DNA of 64,000 bases, taken from positions 167,942-231,941 of IMG/VR virus record IMGVR_UViG_3300021255_000114. The stretch is one strand, 5' to 3'. Source of the stretch: a virus (lineage: Duplodnaviria > Heunggongvirae > Uroviricota > Caudoviricetes). The notes under the pieces are model-generated. The model searched no databases and had not been told where the DNA came from. It worked only from the letters and a program-made list of their open reading frames with translations. The translations under genes were made by a program, and so were the position numbers. This document shows, in pieces, positions 56,993 through 64,000 of this stretch (positions are counted from its first letter, which is position 1; every line of letters begins with the position of its first letter).

Positions 56993-57013
56993 GGGCGGGT
57001 ATCAGACCCGCCC
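56993..57013 (-). promoter_or_regulatory. DGR-type GC-rich hairpin 3' of variable region
   Basis: GGGCGGG-7 nt-CCCGCCC, ~20 nt after target stop. Confidence 0.75.
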
Positions 57014-57031
57014 ATTCAAAAAGATTTAATA

Positions 57032-58507
57032 TTAGATTTTATGAGCGAGAACGGGGCGCACGCGAAAGCGAAAGAACTTATTATCGCGGTAGAGTCGCCC
57101 AACACTGCCGTAGTAGTACCAAGCAGTAGTGACACCGTACTCTCCGCACGACCAGTAAGCAAATGCATTGGAGAGGTTGGTTACAGACAACCCATATGTA
57201 CGCAGTTTATCCAGCGCCCCATTAATCTTGGCGTAAAGGCTATCTTCCACAAACATGGCCAATTCCTCATTAGTTGGCAGATGGAAATGACCCCATTTGT
57301 CGTCCACAACTTGGTAAGATTCCCATGCAGCAGGATAAGCGGGAATGTATTCGCCGCTCAAATCCCTCGACTCCACACTTGCAAGGCGTTCGGTAACGGT
57401 CAGGCCATTACTGTACGAAATGTAGTTAATGCCGTTAAGACGCCTGTTTTCCTGTTCATACATCCTCGCGGCCATATATGCCTCATAACTCCCGCCATAT
57501 TTGTTATATAGCGCCTTGGCTTCATCACTCCCCTCTATACAATCGTTAAACACTTCCGCTTTCATTGGGGTCTGGCTGTCCTCAGCCACATATGAAGCGC
57601 TTCCATTAGTGGTATAATAAGCGATAAACTTGGTAAGATTCCCTGCGCACATATAACTTAGGTTATACCCATTTTTGGCATATTCAACCGTTGTTGCGGG
57701 CGGGAACCATCGCTCAGCCACACCTGCACCGTTTGTGAAACTTCCGAAGATACCCTGTAGTGTATTCGACTGGAATAAACGCGACACGTCACTATCCATT
57801 GCACTGCCCATGAAATAGGTATCCTTCGACAAATCCGTCAATGTGGCATCGCCATCCACAATCATAGTGGACAACGAATGGCCTTCCACCTTCACCTTAA
57901 GCGTGTTATTCACGGTATCGGCGGTCACATTGGCTGTACCGAACGCCGTAGTGCCGTCAGTCGACAGGCAAGCACCCATTGTCGCAGCCACGGAAGAAAT
58001 TGTGGCATTAGCCTCCCACGAAACCACTGCCTTGTTTTGTCCGCTCTCGTCACCGTTAGGCCTCCATTGTTTTCCCGAACGGTTCACGTTGAATGTGAAG
58101 GAACCCGCACCTGTCAAATCCGGGGTTATTATGTAATAGGACGGAATCGCCCATTGAAGACCGGTGCCAGCCTTTGCGTCATCCTTGTGTATGAACAGCA
58201 AAGCCCCGTCCCTTTTCCCGAAACAGACAAAATCCAAGACATTATAGTCACTGCCGAGGCTCGAAGCGTCAAAAGTTTCATATGGTATCAGGAATCTCTC
58301 GCCGAACTCAACCGAATTGGCATTCGTGTTTTCGACAACAATCGAAACAGGCGGATAATCGACCATGGCGAGGGGTATCCTTACATTCACGCCGTCATAA
58401 TGCAGATTCGTCCCGTCAAACGAAACGGTTGAATACTCCGCACTCCTCTCGGGTGACGATGAATTATACGAATCAAAACTGCTGTATCTGAATAAATAAT
58501 TTGACAT
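57032..58507 (-). CDS. DGR target-like protein with C-terminal CLec variable region
   Basis: YWSCGEY...AWYY...G...NK...RVRPVLA; NNC/NNT codon pattern in last ~45 codons. Confidence 0.82.
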   Translation of the reverse strand: MSNYLFRYSSFDSYNSSSPERSAEYSTVSFDGTNLHYDGVNVRIPLAMVDYPPVSIVVENTNANSVEFGERFLIPYETFDASSLGSDYNVLDFVCFGKRDGALLFIHKDDAKAGTGLQWAIPSYYIITPDLTGAGSFTFNVNRSGKQWRPNGDESGQNKAVVSWEANATISSVAATMGACLSTDGTTAFGTANVTADTVNNTLKVKVEGHSLSTMIVDGDATLTDLSKDTYFMGSAMDSDVSRLFQSNTLQGIFGSFTNGAGVAERWFPPATTVEYAKNGYNLSYMCAGNLTKFIAYYTTNGSASYVAEDSQTPMKAEVFNDCIEGSDEAKALYNKYGGSYEAYMAARMYEQENRRLNGINYISYSNGLTVTERLASVESRDLSGEYIPAYPAAWESYQVVDDKWGHFHLPTNEELAMFVEDSLYAKINGALDKLRTYGLSVTNLSNAFAYWSCGEYGVTTAWYYYGSVGRLYRDNKFFRFRVRPVLAHKI

Positions 58508-58541
58508 TTTTTTACTGTTTATCTCTTTTGATTATTATCGT

Positions 58542-61500
58542 TTATGCAAGAGTTGCCTTTTTCCATACCGCCGAATATGTGCCGGTGGCACTGACAGTGA
58601 TAAAGCCTATCCACAACTCAGGCGTTGAACTTATGTTCATGTAGACTTGCCCATTATAGGCCGGTTCACCTATCCACGCCCCAAACAACTCCTCATCCCA
58701 TCCGTCAGGGACAAGATTGGCGTTCGGAGAACCCATGGCCTTTAAGATGCATTCATATCCGCTTCTCGTCGGCTTGTTGATGTTGGCGACTTTATCGGAC
58801 AGCGAAGCCAGCCTTTGATCCAAATCAGCCAATGCCTGTGCCGCCACAAACGAACTTGTCTCGATTGCCTTGTGGTCATCCCTAAGCCATCCGCGATAAT
58901 CCACCCCGTAATGTATGGATAGACTGTCACCACACTTCAACGCGGAAAGAGTATAACTCCCCACCTCATTTGATGCAAGGAAAAATTCGCCACCAAAGTC
59001 ACTGTTGCCGAAAATCATTGAATCGGATGAAACCGTCTCCACTCCCTCGGCCAACTCGTATAGGATGAAAGAACTGCCAAGGCTTGCCATCAGCTCACTT
59101 TCATTTGTTATTGAAGTGGATGAGAGTGAAACCGTCTTGCCCGACAGTGAAAGCGTATTCGCCGTGTAGTCCGTGTGGAACACACCACCGCTCTTCGCAT
59201 CTTCCGGAAGCTTGCAGGTCCATGTATATACGTCTTCATTCACTGTGGACGACCATGACAAACCAGACAAGGCCGCCTTGTTGGAACCCCTGTGGAGATA
59301 TATACCCCTGTCCGCCGTATTCAAATACGCGTAGTCCATATCCGACAATCCCCATTCGCATGTCGGAATGCCGCCAAGCGATTCGTTCGGCTCCACATAG
59401 ACGCCGTTCTTGTACCCGCTCCACACCGGATGGATATACAGACCGTCAAGACTTGTCACCGCAACACCGAGATAGCCGGCCTCAACCGTAATGTTCAGAC
59501 TCTCATAAGTGCTGTTCACACTTGGTATCGTACCCGTACTTCCAATTGTGGGGTAGCCTTCGGACAAAGCGTATACGGCTGACCTGACATATGTGTCGGA
59601 CTCGACTTTCGTTCCGTTGTTGTTCCCGCTGCCGTATTCGGACATAATGCAAGGCACTATCGCCACATACCCCGTTCCGCTGACAATAACACCGGAAGTG
59701 TTGATTGTGGCATTCTCTATCACATAGTCCGGCCGGTACCAGTTACCTCCCAAAGAAAGGAAGCCTCCAACCGGATTGAAACACGTCTTCGTCGTGTCGT
59801 CCCATCTTCCGTTTATTTTCATTATTTGGCTTTTGCCAACATCAGGTATGGTGGCGCTGCCGCCTGTGGTCCTGCCAATAAAACCGGATGACAGGTCAGA
59901 CACCACATCGGTCGATATCGGCTTCAAATTGTCCGCAACACCGGCCTCAAATCCAGGATAATAACCGGATACTTGGGCGTATTCGCCGCTTAAGCCGATG
60001 TTTTTCCTTGCCTGGAGTTTCTCAGCATCGGTTTTGGTGTTTGTCTGATCAGTTGTGAAAGATACATAGTTGTCGTCCAACCTGCGGATTTTATCACGGA
60101 GATTGGTCTGATATCCGATATCCACCAACGTAGGCTTGCATAAACCCGGCGTATTTAAGGCAGCGGTCGTGTTGATGAACTCCTCCGTTCCGAAATCATC
60201 CATCCTGTAGTTCAGGTTAATCCCTTCCGGAAGGTCGACAACTATCGGTGTGGCGAGCTCATAATAAAGCATCACGCCTGACATGGCGGCTTTGAAGGTT
60301 GCGGCGTCTGTGTAAGAAGAATCTCTGACCATTACATGAGATGGATTACTTGTATTTTCCTGCATAAATTTATCAGGCATTGCTGAAGAAGCAAAATAAG
60401 TACCTGTATTATTAGCAATATACAACTTACAAGCAATATCCCCATAACTATAAGCACTTGGAGCCGCTTTTGTTTTAATGGAAGCCCAAAATACATCATC
60501 TACTGAAGAGCTTGGTTTACTCCAAGTCAAATCACCCAAATCCACACTGCCAATTCTCTTTATCGCCTTCCCGTTCGATATCTCGTCATACGCATCACCG
60601 GCACGGCATAACCCGTTCGGAAACAAGGTGGTGCCGTTATGCTCCAATGTCCTTATCCACGACAAATCCGTATTCACGCTCCAATACTTCTCGTAATCAT
60701 CATCACCATCCCTGTATCCACTCCATGATAGGTGTACGCATGTATCCACATTGTTACCACCGGTTAACGTCAGCCTATCCACCCTGTCGGGTGTGAAATA
60801 ACCATCTGTAATTGTAACATCAGTACCGTCACTGTAAGTCAGCCCCGTTTTAGCACCTTTTATCCTGTACTTCTGATCCGCAAGCACATGAACATTCCCA
60901 GTCTGCTTGCTGTTGTCATACTGGTTAAATCCCGTCGTCTGCATATCCGTCGGGTTGAACGAAAGGAGACTACCTGCATCGTAGGCGTAATACGACTCAG
61001 GGAACAGACGTTCAAAAGCGGCGATGGCCTTATCAGTCGTTATCTCATCTACGCTTGACAAACCAAGGGCTGAAACGATACCACTGTCTGATCCGAACAT
61101 CTTCGTGAGGTCAAAGAGCATTATTTTACTTAACGTAATGGTTAAAGGCTCGTTTGGTTTTAGGACATCGTCCCACATCATGTTGGCTCCCTCGACTGGA
61201 CTTGTGAACAAATTAAAATTGTATCCCATTTTCAAAGTTTTGTTATTATATCTTTGTTGAGGAATACCGTAAGTATAATTAAAATTTTCTATATTATATG
61301 CATCTGTTTCAGAACCAGTAACTTCAAAAGAAAGTAAATACGTATGATCTTTAATGTTACAATCTTTAATTTGAAAATACGTATCTCCACTAATGCCTAG
61401 AAAAGTTAGAGTCATGTTTTCAGTATTCACCTTAATTCCATTACGTACACCGAAATTATTTTTCCCCACTAGTTGGTTCCATACTATTGTGTTGCCCTTC

Positions 61501-61787
61501 ATTCCCTGTATGGTTGCGAAGCCGCTCGATACGTCCTTGTCGCCCCCAGTTGACCTGTAAAGCCAACTTGCACTGCTATTTTCGGTATCAGGTGATATGA
61601 GGTTGTCCGCAAGTCCGACCGACATTCCCTCGTAATATCCGGTGGTGTTGGCCTTCACCTCGTCCACTGTGTCGAGCATGTCTATCAGAGTGTCCTGAAG
61701 CACCTGTCCGGTGATTGTCCTTTGGCTGTTGGTCTTTATGTTGTTCTGAATTTCTTCCCTGACTTCAGGGATTGTTGTTATTGCCAT
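58542..61787 (-). CDS. Tail fibre/spike-like structural protein with internal repeat
   Basis: 1081 aa; two GYY.G...G.ADNL...R.TGG modules; adjacent to DGR target. Confidence 0.6.
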   Translation of the reverse strand: MAITTIPEVREEIQNNIKTNSQRTITGQVLQDTLIDMLDTVDEVKANTTGYYEGMSVGLADNLISPDTENSSASWLYRSTGGDKDVSSGFATIQGMKGNTIVWNQLVGKNNFGVRNGIKVNTENMTLTFLGISGDTYFQIKDCNIKDHTYLLSFEVTGSETDAYNIENFNYTYGIPQQRYNNKTLKMGYNFNLFTSPVEGANMMWDDVLKPNEPLTITLSKIMLFDLTKMFGSDSGIVSALGLSSVDEITTDKAIAAFERLFPESYYAYDAGSLLSFNPTDMQTTGFNQYDNSKQTGNVHVLADQKYRIKGAKTGLTYSDGTDVTITDGYFTPDRVDRLTLTGGNNVDTCVHLSWSGYRDGDDDYEKYWSVNTDLSWIRTLEHNGTTLFPNGLCRAGDAYDEISNGKAIKRIGSVDLGDLTWSKPSSSVDDVFWASIKTKAAPSAYSYGDIACKLYIANNTGTYFASSAMPDKFMQENTSNPSHVMVRDSSYTDAATFKAAMSGVMLYYELATPIVVDLPEGINLNYRMDDFGTEEFINTTAALNTPGLCKPTLVDIGYQTNLRDKIRRLDDNYVSFTTDQTNTKTDAEKLQARKNIGLSGEYAQVSGYYPGFEAGVADNLKPISTDVVSDLSSGFIGRTTGGSATIPDVGKSQIMKINGRWDDTTKTCFNPVGGFLSLGGNWYRPDYVIENATINTSGVIVSGTGYVAIVPCIMSEYGSGNNNGTKVESDTYVRSAVYALSEGYPTIGSTGTIPSVNSTYESLNITVEAGYLGVAVTSLDGLYIHPVWSGYKNGVYVEPNESLGGIPTCEWGLSDMDYAYLNTADRGIYLHRGSNKAALSGLSWSSTVNEDVYTWTCKLPEDAKSGGVFHTDYTANTLSLSGKTVSLSSTSITNESELMASLGSSFILYELAEGVETVSSDSMIFGNSDFGGEFFLASNEVGSYTLSALKCGDSLSIHYGVDYRGWLRDDHKAIETSSFVAAQALADLDQRLASLSDKVANINKPTRSGYECILKAMGSPNANLVPDGWDEELFGAWIGEPAYNGQVYMNISSTPELWIGFITVSATGTYSAVWKKATLA

Positions 61788-61953
61788 AATTCTTTATGAT
61801 GTGAATTTTATTTTTCTTTCTATCTATCTTTTTTAAACTATCTGTTTTGAAATTCGTCTTCCGTTCCGTCTGTTTTGTTTGGAAAGTATCAAAAAGGTAG
61901 AAACCTGTGTGATACTTCTGTGATACTTTTTCGGATTTCGGAAATGTTTTTTG

Positions 61954-62118
61954 CTATTCGTTTTCGACGGGTATCCCTATCGCCTTGAAGTACCTTGCGG
62001 TTTTTGTCTCGACGACCGTGTAGGTCGATCTCGTCCTTGTGTCGAGGATAAGGAATCCCGTTTCGGGTGTGAGTCTGAAATAGCCGTTCGGCAGTTTTTC
62101 TTTCTTGATGTGTTCCAT
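61954..62118 (-). CDS. 54-aa hypothetical protein
   Basis: MEHIKKEKLPNGYFRL...PVENE* (hand translated). Confidence 0.5.
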   Translation of the reverse strand: MEHIKKEKLPNGYFRLTPETGFLILDTRTRSTYTVVETKTARYFKAIGIPVENE

Positions 62119-62253
62119 AAGCGGTTTAGATGTTTTCGATATAATTTAAAATGATTCTTTAATATTATATATTAATAAATATCGGTTACGAGAATAAATT
62201 GATGGGGCAATCAGATGCCCGTAGGCGTAATAGTATAATCAGTGACACACGCA

Positions 62254-62295
62254 CAAAAAAAGGCCTTCTAAGATTTTTGGAAGGCTTTTTTTTTT
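62254..62295. terminator. Bidirectional terminator-like hairpin
   Basis: A7-GGCCTTC...GAAGGCT-T run. Confidence 0.6.
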
Positions 62296-62330
62296 AGGGG
62301 GAACAACGGCAATCTTCTTGCAAATTTCCG

Positions 62331-62951
62331 ATGGAAAATAGTATATTTTATAAAAATACATTATATACAATGGAGAATCATGAATTTCAGAAAGGGAAGG
62401 AACCTGATTGGTTCACCTTCAATGTAGCATTTGATTTCGAGAAGGAAATCTGCAAACTGTCCATAACGAACCCGAGGGACATCCATATTCTTGCGAATAA
62501 ATTCCGGGAATGCCTTGAACTACAGGATTCAAAAGAAGAATTCCCGTCTTGGGAGAGACCATCTTTCCATGAAGGTGTGTCGTTTACTTGTTACAATCGT
62601 ATGAAGGAAGCATTTGAACTCTTCAAGCAAGGGGCAATGAAGGCGCCGTTTGCAATGCGCAGGACCACCGGTACAGCAATCCACATTAACGATAAGTCTT
62701 ATAAATCTGCAATCAACGCAAAGATTTATAATCTTGACGAATACAATGAACGCATCGGGCAATACAACCTCAAAAGAGGGCTTATGTTGAGCGATCTTGA
62801 CTTCGACGGTGACTTGTCCGCATCTGATGTTGAAACGCTTTGTGAAGGCTTGAAAACATATGAATCGAAGGACATATTCCCGTCACAATTTTTTAACAAA
62901 GTCAAAATGGAATATTACGGTAAAATAGAAGTGGAGGATAGCAATGCTTAA
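62331..62951 (+). CDS. Hypothetical protein
   Basis: 206-aa open frame. Confidence 0.65.
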   Translation: MENSIFYKNTLYTMENHEFQKGKEPDWFTFNVAFDFEKEICKLSITNPRDIHILANKFRECLELQDSKEEFPSWERPSFHEGVSFTCYNRMKEAFELFKQGAMKAPFAMRRTTGTAIHINDKSYKSAINAKIYNLDEYNERIGQYNLKRGLMLSDLDFDGDLSASDVETLCEGLKTYESKDIFPSQFFNKVKMEYYGKIEVEDSNA

Positions 62952-63840
62952 TGATGACGATATAAGGAAAAGGCTTGAACGCTATCCCGAACCACCTGAA
63001 GTTGCCGAGATAAGAAGGAACATTCAAGAATCGTTTAAAAGGCTTGAATTCCAGGAAGGTCCGCATAAATACTATGTACATGAAGATGATGGTTCTGTAG
63101 ACGAACTTCCAAGTGTATCCGCAACAATATCTAAATGGGAACCATATGTTGATTGGGAGGTGAAGAAGGAAAAGAAAGCTCTTGAACTTGGTATGACTGT
63201 TGATGAAGTTTCAAGGATGTGGAGGGAAAAAAATATAATAAGTACATCAAATGGAACACTAATTCATGCTTTAGGTGAAGCTTATATGTACTTTTTTCAG
63301 GGTAAACCTGATATGATGCCTGATGTTATTAAAAAGATGCAATATGAGGATGGATGGTTGATACCATATGGGCCAAAACAATTTGCGGCCATGCAGTATT
63401 ATATTGATATGTACGATATGTTTATGGATGATAGTAAACCGAATAAACTATGGCCGGTTATGCCGGAATCCCAAGTTTATATACTCAAAGACAACAAATT
63501 TGGCATAACACAGCGTTATGCCGGTACTTTTGATATACTACATGCATATAAAGCAAAAGACGGCAAATGGAAACTTGCTATACATGATTGGAAATCGAAC
63601 GGATCGTTAACAAATAATTTCACAAGGCTCAAGCATCAATATATGAAGCCTCCTTTTGACGACTTAATCGACGAGCCTCTCAGTCATTATTTTTGTCAAT
63701 TGAGCGCCTATTCTTGTGCTTTACAGCAGCTTGGTTATGAAGTTGGGGACAGAAGAATCATATGGCTTAAAGAAGATGGAACTTATGAAAAAATACCGGC
63801 ACCTGATTTTAGTGATAGGATCAAAATAGCCCTAAAATAA
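62944..63840 (+). CDS. PD-(D/E)XK exonuclease-like protein
   Basis: GTLIH, AGTFD, DWKS, QLSAY. Confidence 0.8.
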   Translation: MLNDDDIRKRLERYPEPPEVAEIRRNIQESFKRLEFQEGPHKYYVHEDDGSVDELPSVSATISKWEPYVDWEVKKEKKALELGMTVDEVSRMWREKNIISTSNGTLIHALGEAYMYFFQGKPDMMPDVIKKMQYEDGWLIPYGPKQFAAMQYYIDMYDMFMDDSKPNKLWPVMPESQVYILKDNKFGITQRYAGTFDILHAYKAKDGKWKLAIHDWKSNGSLTNNFTRLKHQYMKPPFDDLIDEPLSHYFCQLSAYSCALQQLGYEVGDRRIIWLKEDGTYEKIPAPDFSDRIKIALK

Positions 63841-63906
63841 CTTTTAACTTGAATGAACCTCATTTCATCTTTATGGTGATATTTATTATTATAACATTAT
63901 AAAGAC

Positions 63907-64000
63907 ATGAGTAGAAAAAGAACATTTGAAGAATTTCTTGAAAAAGCACGAAAAATACATGGTGACAAATACGACTATAGTAAAGTTGAATACGTGGACG
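63907..64000 (+). CDS. Start of probable homing endonuclease (DUF723-like repeat), truncated
   Basis: MSRKRTFEEFLEKARKIHGDKYDYSKVEYV. Confidence 0.7.
   Translation, partial: MSRKRTFEEFLEKARKIHGDKYDYSKVEYVD

Noticed and set aside
54000-62300. DGR template repeat and reverse transcriptase
   Set aside because: No second copy of the VR/IMH sequence and no RT (YxDD-type) ORF seen in the window
1-64000. Alternative genetic code (TAG or TGA recoding) as in Lak-type megaphages
   Set aside because: Long ORFs are intact in code 11, TAG and TGA end genes cleanly before the next start, and no clear suppressor tRNA is seen
1-64000. CRISPR array or rRNA
   Set aside because: No regularly spaced repeat-spacer units or rRNA-like segments found

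Overview
Segment of a large (jumbo/mega-type) phage genome, most likely infecting Bacteroidales: TAnnTTTG promoters, Bacteroidetes-style tmRNA tag, standard genetic code, no rRNA or CRISPR. 1-10.3 kb is an RNA island with canonical tRNAs, homing endonucleases and many non-canonical RNAs: three tRNAs split in the anticodon stem by a shared ~50-nt mini-intron family, two tRNA-Ile genes with the D-arm moved 3' of the anticodon arm, a tRNA-Leu with a group I intron at an unusual site, a permuted two-piece tmRNA, four expanded tRNA-like RNAs and many unexplained structured spacers. 10.3-54.8 kb is a + strand run of small accessory and metabolic genes (ThyX, CoaD, PncA, Prs-like, NDT, MTase, TelA, vWA, SmpB, SSB) in promoter/terminator modules; smpB carries an in-frame TnpB omega-RNA relic. 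54.8-62 kb is a - strand block: tail-fibre-like gene, DGR-type target gene with variable region and hairpin, Avd-like gene, tnpB element and integrase fragment, with no template repeat or reverse transcriptase in the window. Structures were paired by eye and family calls rest on motif recognition, not database searches.
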